Source: Mobula hypostoma
Taxonomy: Eukaryota
DNA length: 64,000 bases
Assembly (NCBI RefSeq): GCF_963921235.1
Contig: NC_086097.1
Coordinates: 49,106,001-49,170,000, forward strand
Direction of reading: 5' to 3'
The position numbers and the translations under genes were made by a program. The notes beneath the pieces are model-generated. The model was not told where the DNA came from. It made no database searches and saw nothing but the letters and a program-made list of their open reading frames with translations. Shown piece after piece: positions 13,195 through 25,549 of this stretch; position 1 is the first letter of the stretch, and each line of letters begins with the position of its first letter.

Positions 13195-13585
13195 CAGAAA
13201 TTCAAAGTAAATTTTATTATTGAAGTACATATATGTCACTGTATACAATCCTGAGATTCATTTTCTTATGGGCATACTCAGCAAATCTACAAAATAGTAC
13301 TTATAACAGGACCAGTGAAAGAATAACCAGAGTGCAGAAGACAACAAACTGTGCAAATGCAAGTATAAATAAATAGCAATAAATAATGAGACGATGAGAT
13401 AAAGAGTCCTTAAAGTGAGATCATTGCTTGTGGGAAGCATCTCAATGATGGGGCAAGTGAGGGCAGTTATCCCCTTTTATTCAAGAGTCTCATGGCTGAG
13501 GGGTAGTAACTGTTCTTTCTGCAGCCCACAGAAAGCCATCGATTATTGCTGGTGCCATCTTGTCTTCAGAGACCAGGTACGAAGT
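13195..13585 (-). mobile_element. Rex1-like non-LTR 3' end fragment
   Basis: Reverse of a tail 'aagaaaatgaatctcaggattgtatac...aataataaaatttactttgaa' of the type I associate with Rex1-clade 3' ends. Confidence 0.55.
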
Positions 13586-14002
13586 TTAAAAAAATAAGAG
13601 TCATTGTGTTTTACAGCACAGAAACAGACCCCTTGGCCCACCATGCCTAAGCTCATGCATGCCCATGTATACTAATCACACTTGCCTAGCTCACCCTGGA
13701 ACTCATGTGATCTAGCCTCCAGGCCAGTCTACCTTGCTTTATCTCATCAAAGGCCTTGATATATGTCTACTTCATGGCATATCAATTCTTTCAGTTACCT
13801 CTTCAAAAACTAAATCAGATTTGTGAAATGTTTTTCCATGCACAAGTCATGCTCACTATCCCTAATCTATCCTTCATTTCTATATGCAAATAAATCCTAT
13901 CTCTTAGAACCACTTCCAATAACAATCCCACCACTCCCTGTCCTGTAGTTCACTGGTTTGTACTTGCAGCCCTCCTTAAATAAAGGTACAACATTAGCTA
14001 TC

Positions 14003-14215
14003 CACACAACACACACAAAATGCTGGAGGAATTCAGCAGGCCGGGCAACATCTACGGAAAAAGTGCAGGAGACGTTTCAGTCCTGCCAAAGGGTCTTGGC
14101 CCGAAACATCAACTGTATTTTTTTCCATAGATGCTGCCTGGCCTGCTGAGTTCCTCCAGCATTTTGTGTGTGTTGCTCAGATTTCCAGCATCTGCAGATT
14201 TTCTCTTGTTTATGA
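14003..14215. mobile_element. Palindromic Penelope-derived mini-element with hammerhead-like core
   Basis: Arms acacacacaaaatgctggaggaattcagcagg / cctgctgagttcctccagcattttgtgtgtgt; CTGCCAA-AGGGTCTTGGCCC-GAAAC at 14083-14107. Confidence 0.75.
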
Positions 14216-14592
14216 TTAACTACCTACCAGTCTTCTGGAACCTTGTCTGTGACTAACAAAGATATAAAAGTCTTTGCCAAGGCCCCAGGAATTTCCAACA
14301 CTTGCTCCCCATAACATTCTAGGATATACATGGTCAGTTTCCAGGGATGTATCCACCTTCATGCTTTACAACTCCTCCAACACCTCCAGCACCTCCATCT
14401 TTATAGTGTTGGTATGATCTAGAACATCACTGCTCCTTTCCCTGAACTCATAGCTTCCATGTGCATCTCCATAGTAAATACAGAACAGAAGTATTCACCA
14501 GCCATTTCCCGTAATTTCCCATGAAGATTACCATGGATGATTAAATGACCTATCTTATTCTTAATACATTACAGAATCTTTTAGGATTCTCC

Positions 14593-14951
14593 ACAGAAAT
14601 TAGTGATCATAATGCCATGAGATTCAAAGTAAATATGGAAAAAGAGAGGTCTGGACCATGGGTTGAGATTCTACAGCTCAATACAAGAGGACATGACTTT
14701 AAGGTAAGGGGTGGGAAGTTCAAGGGGGATATTAGAGGAAGGTTTTTTACTCAGAGAGAGGTTGGTGTGTGGAATGCACTGCCTGAGTCAGTGGTGGAGG
14801 CAGATACACTGGTGAAGTTTAATTGACTACTGGACAGGTATATAGAGAAATTTAAGGTGGGGGGGTGTTATATGGGAGGCAGAGTTTGAGGGTTGGCACA
14901 ACAATGTGGGCTGAAGGGCCTGTAATGTGCTGTACTATTCTATGTTCTATG
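14593..14951 (+). mobile_element. Chimeric CR1 insertion: short post-endonuclease segment fused to a 3' end
   Basis: 'SDHNAMRFKVNMEKERSGPWVEIL' joined to 'NTRGHDFKVRGGKFKGDIRGRFFTQR'; ttcta-type tail at about 14935-14951. Confidence 0.75.
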
Positions 14952-17900
14952 ATCTTATCTGCCAAGAATATCTCAAAACCGCTTATTGCCCTCCTCCTTT
15001 CCTTCTTAATTATACCGTTACATCCTTTACATCCCAGAGACTCACATAATCCCAGCTGCCTCAACCTGACCTATACCTCCTTTTCCTTGGCCAAGGTTAA
15101 AGTGAAGGACAAGATAGGGAAGATTAGGGAATGGACTGAGAGTTGCTGTGAATTGTTAGCCTATCCCTTGAGGGAAAAGGAACTGGAAAACAATTTCCTG
15201 GAAAAAAGATGAAATTATTCTGCATTCTGATAACTGTTTTTGAACAGTAAAGAATACCATTATTTTATGTGCCAGGACATACATTTGTTCATTTGATTGA
15301 AACTATAGCTGAGGAAAATGTTCAAAATTTTCCCACATTATTCAACTCAAATTGTCATTTGAAATTACAGCTGTGGCTTGAAATTAGCTTATCTATAAGC
15401 TTGTAACTTGTTTTCCTTGACAGGTAAAAAATGAATGGGTTAACAATACTTCCAATAGCCAGAACCTTTTATTGGCATTTCCAAAATTTGTCTATTGAAA
15501 TTATATCTAGCAGCAAATTTTCTAGGCTTACCCATGATTATAAAATTATAGAATTGCATTTATTAAATAAATAAGTGAAAGTCAAGATGATGGCCAGTTT
15601 TTGATGTGAATGCCAGGACAGGTAATGATGCCAGCAGGATATCTCATCAACAAAATCCTTGCAGCAACAAAGTTATACATTCTTAAACTGAAATGGAATA
15701 AAAGAAGACTGAAATGGTTACATGATGAATGAACTCCAGATCTAAGCATAAACCTGTGGATTAGTTATGGCCCAAGTAATTCGCTGTATCTATTATATTT
15801 TGCATGAATACTGAACAGCAATTTTTCTCTCTCTATTGTTCATCAGTTTTGTGGACTGGCAGGTGCAAGCTCCAAGAAAATCATGTTCTTGAGATGTGAA
15901 TGCTCATATGAAAGATTAATGATAGTGGGGTGCCTACAGCAGATTTAACAAGATATAGTCCATACCTATTGCAGGTTTAACAAGAAGCAGTCTGCAATTG
16001 ATAGCTAGGTGATTTTACATTCAGATATGTTATAAAGGTGTATGTAAGAACCCAAATTAATTTCAGTTATCCAGCAGCTCTAATGTCTCATGAATGATGA
16101 AAGTCCAATGGTGATTTCAAATACTTTCACTCAAATGCAATAAATTCTTTTAGATTATCATTAAAAAAGTGTTTTTATAGTTATAGATTCATAGAACACA
16201 GAAACACTCCTGGGCTCACTGAGGCTGTGCTTACCGTTAAGCATCCATTTACACTAATCGCCAACTGGAAATTCCACACTCACACACTCAGTTTTCCAAT
16301 GAAATTTTCAATTGCTCTTGAAACAATTTTCTGGGGTAAAATTCCATGACATAATGTCAACAATAAAGCAACATCCAAAAATCACCCCTGTGTGATTTTC
16401 AACCAGTCTGATCTGGAAAAGTGCAGTTCCTATGTATTCATGAAACAATCAGCTTTTACTCTTAAAGTTTTCCATGAGACAGAGCAACTTAAATTGGTCA
16501 ACACTCAAACTGCATTCTTTACCCTCACAGATCTTTGAACTCCTATGCCTTCAAATATGGAATCACAATACTGCCTGGACTGCTATCATTCAGTCTCAGG
16601 ATCATTCCAGACTGGTGTTGCTGATTTCTGCCACATAGAGTCATAATGTCAGACAACACTAAACACAGACGCAAACCCTTTGGTCCGGTCAGTTCATAGA
16701 GAACAGAATCCACCAACCAAAAATCGAAAATATGGAATAAAATTCCCTCTCATGGAATCTGCGTGTCTTTAAAAAAAGTAAGTGTTTTTTTTTCCCACAA
16801 CGCACACTTGTTGACTCATATTCAAATGATGTGTCTTTGCATTACAGGAAATCAGAATGCATTCCACTTTCAAGCAGCGTAACCCACCAGGATCACCAGA
16901 ACATAAATGCAATTTGCTGCTACGGTTGCAACCTGACCTTGACTGTTGCTCTCTGCACAACTATTTTTAAGGGACATATTACATGTTCCAGTTGTAATCT
17001 TGCTGGAGCAAAATACTATAGATCTAACTCAGAAAAGTACTGCCAATTCTGTTTTTCTCTCTCACACATCCTCTCTGTATATTTACAATATATTTTATGA
17101 AGCATATGAATTTGCACATATTGTAATGTATCTATTGAACCATTTTCTTGGACTGATGTGTTTTTCTAGCATTTGTTTTATTTCTCTTGTACTCTGGTCA
17201 TCTGTAAAATGTCTTGATGCTTCTTGCTGTGCTGTGTGACTTGAGATTCTATTTCTCACTCTAACATTTTGACTTGGCTTCCTCACCTCTGCATTATTCC
17301 AGGTCCATTGCTTATATTTTCTTCAAAGTGTTTCTGTTTCTTCCTTTCTTTGGGTTCCTTTTACTAAACTATCCATCAGCCATGTTTTGCTGCACTTATC
17401 TGTTATAAATGGAAAACTCCTTTCAGTAAGCTGCGTACACCATTAAATACATTTTCCAAGTTTCACCGAGTATTCGAAGTTAGCCACTTTTAGTTGGCCT
17501 ACAATTACGTAATTAACATATAATTAGTTAACAACCCTGAACAAAACAATAACATCCTGACATTATATGCTTTATTTGATTAGCCTGGGTAAATCCTTTT
17601 ATATGTGTAATCATATCCCCATAGGTAGAAGCATATTTAATTATTTCCTGCTCTTCAAAGATCAGTTTTGTGAGGATATGTATGGGTTGATACAGTACTT
17701 TATGAAACAAATTTAAAAATCCCTTCTGAAGCAATGTTTTCATATTTTTACAGCGATATTGTTGTAATTCTGTTATTTATTTTCCTCTGGTTGACTACTA
17801 CACCAGTGTTTAGCAGATGTATGAATTTTAATGTCAATGTATGAATTTCAATATGTATAAATTCATATATTTTATAAACATCTCACAGATACATGCTATA

Positions 17901-18664
17901 TTTAACAACAATGTTATAGTTGTTTATTAAAAGCCTACACAGTCTGGGATTCCCGTATTATGTCAACAAATGTAGAATACAGAATCATTCAAAGATCCAC
18001 ATAACTGAGACTACTGAATCTAGTTCAATTTTTCTCCGTTATAAGGTCATCAGTTTTGAGTCTGATTATGGTTCCACTTTTCATATTCAGAAGTATTAGT
18101 AGAAAACTTGCCATAAATTAGATTGACAGTGATTTGTCTCCCCTACAGAGAGTACTCTGGCACGGTTGATGCAGAAAATATTAACAGTGCTGTAAAAAAT
18201 ACACTCTCTTGCTGGTGTTCAGTTTTCATTGGGGCAAGGCACTCTGCATCCAATAACCATTTTATGGAGGCAAATGGGAACCAATCTAATGGAAAAAAAG
18301 CTATTTCAGTTTTCCTTTCTGATTAATTGTATTGCAGATCAAGTCAGAATAAAGAAAACGTTTACTGCTCTGTTCTCTAATTTTAATTTTATAGTATGCG
18401 GAGCTTGCATTATTGTAAATTATCAATAGTTGTACAAAGTGTGATGGAATTAGCCTTCTTGGCACCAATCCTCCTATAAATGTCCAGTATCCATTTTAGC
18501 TGAAGTCATTATAATCAGTTTCAATAACCTACAATATATCCTTGTACCATATGAAAATAGAAAATAGCGTGGAAAATGTCTGCACACCTGTCAACACAGA
18601 GCATTTAAATGCACATTATGACAGTAAGTTCTCAACAGTAAGATTTGTTTTTGTTATGTATTTT

Positions 18665-19015
18665 TCAAGATGCAAAGCCAGCATTTAATGCCCATCAACC
18701 TAATTGCCCTTAAGGGGTTGAGGAACCACCTTCTTGAACTGCTGAGCTTCATCTCCAACATAGCAGCTATAATAGAGCTGATTGGCTTGCTGTGCCATTG
18801 CAGAGGGCAGTTAAGGGTCAATCATATTGCAGGGTTTTAGACTCACATATAGGCCAGACTCAGTAAGGATGGTAGAATTTCTTTCTCAAGGATATTAATG
18901 AATCAGGCAACTTTGTACAATAATCTAGTACTTTTAAGGTCACCATTATAAATACTAGTTTTTTAAAAGCATTGTAATTTGTGTTTAAATTTCACAGCTA
19001 GCGTGGCAGACTTGA
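18665..19015. repeat. Old interspersed repeat (non-LTR 3'-end-like); related to 63600-63680
   Basis: 'ccagcatttaatgcccatc...ttgccctt...ccaccttcttgaactgctg' is the reverse of the motif ending 'gatgataaatgctggc' at about 63600-63670. Confidence 0.4.
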
Positions 19016-19021
19016 ATCTTG

Positions 19022-19790
19022 GAGCAACTCACACAAAATACTGGCATATAATAGGTGATCAGCAGGTTAGGCTACATCTATAGTGGGGAACCAGTTGTTA
19101 ACAATTTGGGCCAAAACCCTTCCTCGGCACTGGAAAGGGAGGGGGAAGAAGCCAGAATAAGAAGGTGGGAGAAGGAGAAGGAGTACAAGCCGGCAAATGA
19201 CTTATGAAACCAGCTAAGGGGGAAGGCGGGTGGATGATGGAAGGGGGATGGATTAAGAAGCTGAGAGGTGATAGGCAGAAGCAGTAGAGGGCTGAAGGTG
19301 AAGGAGTCTGATAGGACAGGAGAGAGGACCATGGGAGAAAGGGAAGGAGGAGGGGCGTTAGAGGGAAGTTACAGGCAAATGAGGAGAAGAGAAGGGGTAG
19401 AGGGGAGAAATAACTGGAATTTAGAGAAATTGATGTTCATGCCATCAGATTGCTACCCAGATAGAACATGAAATGTTGCTCCTCCAACCTGAGAGTGGCC
19501 TCATTGTGGCAGTAGTGAAGACATGGACCGACATGTCAGAGTTGGAATAGGAAGTCGAATTGAACTGGGTGGCCAGTGGGAAATCTCGCCTTTAGTGGTG
19601 CACAGAGTGAAGGTGTTGCACTTGCAGATGAAGTGTTGTCTCACCGGCAAGGACTATTTGGGACCCTTAATGGTGGTAAGAAAGGAGGTATAGGGGCAGG
19701 TGCAGCACCAGTCCAGTTTGCAGAGATAAGTGCCAGGAGGGAGATCAATGGGGAGGGATGAGTGGACACAGGAGTCATGTAGAGCCTTTC
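19022..19790 (-). mobile_element. Penelope-like element 3' remnant (endonuclease region plus terminal repeat)
   Basis: Minus translation 'PPGTYLCKLDWCCTCPYTS..TTIKGPK...RQHFIC' and 'PLATQFNSTS.S.SDMSV...HNEATLRLEEQH..F.LG...GMNI' fit the Cys-rich linker and GIY-YIG C-terminus of PLEs; ends in the same terminal repeat as the mini-palindromes. Confidence 0.8.
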
Positions 19791-20189
19791 TAATCTATCA
19801 CCTATCACATAATTTAGTGCATTTTTTGTGGTTGAACATGGTCCATCCACAAGATAAATAGATCCCTCGCCAACGTAGGCTTTGATCATAACAATCATTT
19901 AACCAGTGATACAGAACACATTCTAAAATTATGCATTTTTTCATCCAGATTGCATCAAGCAAACTTGCACAACTAGTGAGAATTCTGCCCAATAGTGATG
20001 TCTTTTTCATTGAACTCGATTTCACTAGTCCCGAAGTACTGCTGATGCTGGAATCTGAAATTAAAATAATAAATGCTAGTGATACACGGAAGGTCAAGCA
20101 ACTACTGTGAAATAAAAAAAAACAGTTTACTTTCAACTCCTCAAAATAAATTTGTTTCATCAGCTGTAAACCTGAGGTGGGACTGCTTC

Positions 20190-23100
20190 ATAGAACATAG
20201 AACGTGGAACAGTACAGCACAGGAACAGTCCATTCGGCCCATGTTGTGCCGAACCAGCAAAAAGCAAATCAAAAACATCCAAACACTAATCCCTCCTACC
20301 TACACCATGTCCATATCCCTCCATCTTCCTTTCAGCCACGTGCCTGTCCAAACGTCCTTTAAAAGCCTCTCATGTATTTGCCTCTACCACCATAACAGGC
20401 AGCACATTCCAGGCATTCACGACTCTTCGAGTAAAAAACTTACCCCTCACATCCCCCTTGAACCTACCCCTTCCCACTTTCAATACTTGCTTTCTGATAT
20501 CAGACATTCCAATCCTGAGAAGCAGATACTTTCTGTGCACTCTATCTATGCCTCTCATAATCTTATAAAACTCTGTCACATCTCCCCTCAGCCTCCGACG
20601 CTTCAGAGAAACCAATCCAAGTTTAACCAGCCTCTCATAATAGCATGTGCCCTCTAAACAGACAGCATCCTGGTAAACTTCTTCTGCATTCTCTCCAAAG
20701 TCTCAACATCATTCCTATAGCAAAGCAACCAGAACTGTACACAATACTCCAGATGTGGCCTCATGTGGCCATGAGAGAGGTCTGGAGGGAGATGAGGACC
20801 ATCACTGGGTTCCGGCAAACTAGCAACAGAGGAGCTGAAGGCAGTGTGGACAGGGCCAATCAACTTAACCTGTTCTTTAACAGATTTGACATTGTGGTCC
20901 CTGCCCATCCCCCACATGAGCCATCTGTTGTCGGCCCCCAACCAACACATATTCCACTCTCTCCTCCTACCCTTCCTCATAGTACCCCACTCTGCTCTCA
21001 TGACTATACCCCTTCCCCACACGAAACCACCACGGTGGGTTTCACAGCTGAACAGGTGAGAAGACAGCTGAAATGTCTCAACCCAAGCAAGGCTGCAGGA
21101 CTGGATGGTGTCAGTACTGGGGTGCTCAAAGCCTGTGCCCCTCAGCTATGTGGAGTACTTCGCCATGTATTCAACCTGAGCCTGAGGCTCCAGAGGGTTC
21201 CTGTACTGTGGAAAACGTCCTGCCTCGTCCCTGTGCCGAAGACGCCATGCCCCAGCGGCCTCAATGACTACAGACCGGTGGCATTGACCTCCCACATCAT
21301 GAAGACCCTGAAGAGACTTGTTCTGGAGCTGCTCCAGCCTATGGTCAGGCCACACTTAGATCCTCTCCAGTTCGCCTACCAGCCCCGACTAGGAGTTGAG
21401 GATGCCATCGTCTACCTGCTGAACTGTGTCTACGCCCACCTGGACAAGCTAGCGAGCACAGTGAGGGTCATGTTTTTTGACTTCTCCAGTGCGTTCAACA
21501 CCATCCGCCCTGCTCTGCTGGGGCAGAAGCTGACAGCGCTGCAGGTGGATGCTTCCCTGGTATCATGGATTCTTGATTACCTAACTGGCAGACCACAGTA
21601 CGTGTGCTTACAACACTATGTGTCCGACAGAGTGATCAGCAACACTGGGGCTCCACGGGGGACTGTCTTCTCTCCCTTTCTCTTCACCATTTACACCTCA
21701 GCCTTCAACTACTGCACAGAGTCTTGTCATCTTCAGAAGTTTTCTGATGACTCTGCCATAGTTGGATGCATCAGCAAGGGAGATGAGGCTGAGTACAGGG
21801 CTACGGTAGGAAACTTTGTCACATGGTGTGAGCAGAATTATCTGCAGCTTAATGTGAAAAAGACTAAGGAGCTGGTGGTAAACCTGAGGAGAGTTAAGGT
21901 ACCGGTGACCCCTGTTTCCATCCAGGGGGTCAGTGTGGACATGGTGGAGGATTACAAATACCTGGGGATACGAATTGACAATAAACTGGACTGGTCAAAG
22001 AACACTGAGGCTGTCTACAAGAAGGGTCAGAGCCGTCTCTATTTCCTGAGGAGACTGAGGTCCTTTAACATCTGCCGGACGATGCTGAAGATGTTCTATG
22101 AGTCTGTGGTGGCCGGTGTGATCATGTTTGCTGTTGTGTGCTGGGGCAGCAGGCTGAGGGTAGCAGACACCAACAGAATCAACAAACTCATTCGTAAGGC
22201 CAGTGATGTTGTGGGGATGGAACTGGACTCTCTGACGGTGGTGTCTGAAAAGAGGATGCTGTCTAAGTTGCATGCCATCTTGGTCAATGATCCCATCCAC
22301 TACATAATGTACTGGGTGGGCACAGGAGTACATTCAGCCAGAGACTCATTCCACCACGATGCAGCACAGAGCATCATAGGAAGTCATTCCTGCCTGTGGC
22401 CATCAAACTTCACAACCCCTCCCTTGGAGGGTCAGACACCCTGAGCCAATAGGCTGGTCCTGGACTTATTTCCTGGCATAATTTACATAATACTATTTAA
22501 CTATTTATGGTTCTATTACTATTTATTATTTATGGTGCAACTGTATCGAAAACCAATTTCCCCCTGGAATCAATAAAGTATGACTATGACTATGACTATA
22601 ATCAGAGCTTTAAAAAGTTGCAGCATAATACCCTGATTTTTGAATTCAATGCTTCAACTAATAAAAGCAAGCATTTCATAAGCCTTCTTAACCACCCTGT
22701 CGACCTGTGTAGCCACTTTCAAGGAGCTAAGAACTTAGATCCCAAGATCTCCCCACTCAGCGACACCGTTAAGGGTCTTGTCCCTAACAGTTTACTACCT
22801 CCTTGCATGTGCCCTACCAAGGTGCAACACCTCTCCTTTATCTGTGTTAAATTCCGTCTGTCATTTCTCGGCTCTTATCTGCAAATGATCTATATCATCT
22901 TGTATTCTTTGACAGTCTTCTATACTATTCAAACCTCCACCAATCTTGGTGTTATCCACAAAGTTGCTAACCCACCCATTTACACTTTCATCCAATCATT
23001 TATATACATCACAAACAGCAGAGGTCCCGGCACAGATCCCTGTGGAACTCCACTAATTACAGACTTCCAACTCGAATAAGTCCCTTCAACCACTACCCTC

Positions 23101-23200
23101 CACGCAAGCCGGTTCTGAACTCAAATTGCCAATTCAGCATGTACCCCATACATCTTAATCTTCTGGATTAGCCTGTAGTGAGGGACTTTGTCAAACAAAG
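20190..23200 (-). mobile_element. CR1 LINE 3' portion split by a Rex1 insertion (20190-20770 and 22600-23200)
   Basis: ORFs 20370..20615 and 20654.. 'RPHLEYCVQFW'; sequence resumes after the Rex1 tail with antisense RT motifs. Confidence 0.85.
20771..22599 (+). mobile_element. Rex1/Babar-clade non-LTR retrotransposon, young 5'-truncated copy with long open RT frame
   Basis: ORF 20645..22444 with 'LNDYRPVALTSHIMK', 'LDPLQFAYQP', 'FFDFSSAFNTI', 'KFSDDSAIVG', 'YKYLGI'; AATAAA followed by a (TATGAC)n tail at 22579-22599. Confidence 0.92.
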
Positions 23201-23373
23201 CTTCAGGCAATATTACAAAACTGGAAATTCAATTTCACCCTTTCTTGTTGCTTTGACTCTGTGCTTTGTAAAGCACTAACATCCAAGTAGATCTCTTGCA
23301 TAAAATGGTGAATTGAGTGAAAATTCATTAGATGAAACACTAGTATGATTTACACGTTGAAAGATGCATTATA

Positions 23374-23549
23374 ATGTTGAGCAATACACACAAAAAACTG
23401 CAGGAACTCAGCAGGTCAGGCAACATCCATGGACAGGAATAAATAACTCATGTTTTGGACCGAGACCCATCATCAGAACCTGAGTTCCTCCAGCATTTTG
23501 TGTGTGTTCTGGATTTCCAGCATCTGCAGAATCTCCTGTGATTATGATA
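23374..23549. mobile_element. Palindromic Penelope-derived mini-element with hammerhead-like core
   Basis: Minus-strand CTGATGA-TGGGTCTCGGTCC-AAAAC at 23452-23476; 10-bp flanking repeat ATGCATTATA (23364-23373, 23550-23559). Confidence 0.75.
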
Positions 23550-24814
23550 ATGCATTATACTGTATGGTTCCTATTAAAGCAGTTTACTGCACAACTTTCT
23601 GAAAGTATCCCTAGTCACACTCCCAATGGCAGTCTGATACCATGACTGCAAAGCAGGAATACTTTGCTGCAAAGAACAGAAAGGGACTCCCTAGACATAC
23701 TGAAAGAGACATTAATTCTCATATGTGAGACAAATGCCAAGACTGAAGTCCTGTTATGCCAAAGGTGGAGGGTGGAGGATGGGGAGGGTGTTGGAGAGGA
23801 GGGAAGGTGATCCTCACTGGAGACTTACTCGGGAAGAGCCTGGCAGGAGGTAGCTCCAGCTGTCTCTTCCAGAATCAAGGATCCTCAATCATTTAAGGTT
23901 CAAAGGCTCATTATTCGAAACATAAACCATAACCATAAACAGTAAACCTTAAACTATTACATATGTTCTCACAAGAAATGGTGGTAGTAAGAGAGCCATC
24001 TGAGTAGCACATTCATTCACGTGTTAATAACATATTCATCCATGTGTAGTGTTGCAAGTGGATCTGATATGGGAGATTATTATGCATCACCTGTTCTTTC
24101 ATAGACAATTAATGCAATTCCACATTGATGTTAGAGATTGGAGTGTGTGGAGATGGATTTGTCCAGACTGGGTACAATAATTGGGCAGACTCTTTATGAA
24201 AAGTCTCCCTCCATCTGTGAGATTCTTATTGCCCAAGGTGAAAGCTCCCCTTTTCTGAACTGCTAGTTTTCTGCTGAGACATTCTCCTCTTCCTGTCACT
24301 CCTAATGTTATTTAGCCTGCAATCCAGATCTTACTAGTGGTCTGACTGCTGTTTTCTCTCTTCCTCCAGCTACTCTTTTCCCCCAGATTGTTGGGCTGTG
24401 GTAAATACAGCTAAGTCCTTTTTATGTTTGATGTCTGCTAACAGATCCAATTTCAAGTCAGGGTGGTCTTAGAAATGGCCTGGTAAGATGGTTTAAGTGC
24501 ATAGGGTCAGATGTAGTAAGCTTGTAAACAGTTTGGTGCAACTGCAGACATTTGCCAGGGAAAAGGATGGAGTCACTGGCTAGCAACCAATTTTCTGAGA
24601 ACTCAAAACATTAACAGTATAATGTTGTGCATCACTTACTGAATGCTAACCACTTGCAAACACTGTGTGTCACTGTAAAATTCTGTTTTGCAATGATATT
24701 TTATTTCTGTTGAAAGTTAAGCAGGGTCAAAGCCCTTCTTCCGTTACTTGAGTTCTTCACTGGTGTCTTATTCAATGTCAATGTAAAGATATATAAAGAT
24801 AACTCTCCTCTTAC

Positions 24815-24969
24815 TAGTGGCCTGAGTTGCTTCAAGCAGATCAGTCGTCCTCTCACTCCAATCATGCTGAAGTAAAAGGTCTTGAGTGCTTTTGCGAACT
24901 CAGCATCCACACTGGGAAATGGTGACCTTTGACAGGATTGATCACCAGTGAACTTCACTGAAACTCCAT
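24815..24969 (-). CDS. KIF28: KIF28-like kinesin exon
   Basis: tttgcag|AT...CTA|GTAAGA; 155 nt, phase 1 to 0; (D)GVSVKFTGDQSCQRSPFPSVDAEFAKALKTFYFSMIGVRGRLICLKQLRPL. Confidence 0.82.
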
Positions 24970-25056
24970 CTGCAAACAAACAAAAGGAAAGTTGAGAGTT
25001 AAAGCAACGAAGGTGATATTATCAGGAAAAAAGCAGCTCATATTTATCAGCACTAC

Positions 25057-25210
25057 CAAGCTTTGAAGAAAAGTTTCTCATTTTTTGTGCCTTCTTTTGC
25101 AGTTTGCTATTTTCACTTCTCAAGGCTTGGTTTGCTTCTCGAAGATTTTTTGCTTCTTGTTCCATCATTCTTAGTTGCTGAGATAGTTTGAATTTATGTT
25201 CTTCTTCATC
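25057..25210 (-). CDS. KIF28: KIF28-like kinesin exon (coiled coil)
   Basis: cag|GAT...CTT G|GTAGTG; 154 nt, phase 0 to 1; DEEEHKFKLSQQLRMMEQEAKNLREANQALRSENSKLQKKAQKMRNFSSKL. Weak splice sites; 87-nt downstream intron. Confidence 0.75.
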
Positions 25211-25442
25211 CTGCATGATCAGATATCAAAATAAATTAAATATAAAAGGTTTCTGGAATTTTTTCATTCTGTTTATCAGATTAAATTTGAGGAATATATG
25301 AAAGCATTAATAGTTCTTATTGCTAAACAAACCATAGGTATCTGTGGTCTGTGTTGTAAAATTACAGCAAGCAAACATGAATTAACTGCAAGCTTGAATC
25401 TTTCTAATTCTGGTAATCTTATAAAGAACAGATTTATCATAC

Positions 25443-25549
25443 CAGTGGCGCAGATGTCCACCGATTTCTATAGCTTAGATCTAACAGCACGCTACCATCA
25501 CTTGACAGTGGGATATTAGCAAGCTCTGTTTTCCTTTCTTGGCAACCTT
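25443..25549 (-). CDS. KIF28: KIF28-like kinesin exon
   Basis: tgttttctcag|AA...CTG|GTATGA; 107 nt, phase 1 to 0; (E)GCQERKTELANIPLSSDGSVLLDLSYRNRWTSAPL. Confidence 0.75.

Larger units (their letters stand above)
13600..15095 (-). mobile_element. Degraded CR1 fragment hosting nested insertions
   Basis: CR1 antisense motifs ('aaaggtacaacattagctatcc', 'ccagtcttctggaac', 'tccatagtaaatacaga'); interrupted at 14003-14215 and 14593-14951. Confidence 0.6.

Noticed and set aside
20645..22444. 599-aa ORF as a host gene or complete retrotransposon protein
   Set aside because: The N-terminus is antisense CR1 sequence; the rest is a 5'-truncated Rex1 RT with no endonuclease and a frameshifted tail.
12430..23476. 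Active hammerhead ribozymes as annotated ncRNA genes
   Set aside because: Every visible copy has at least one substitution in the CUGANGA or GAAA core; reported only as a family-level finding.
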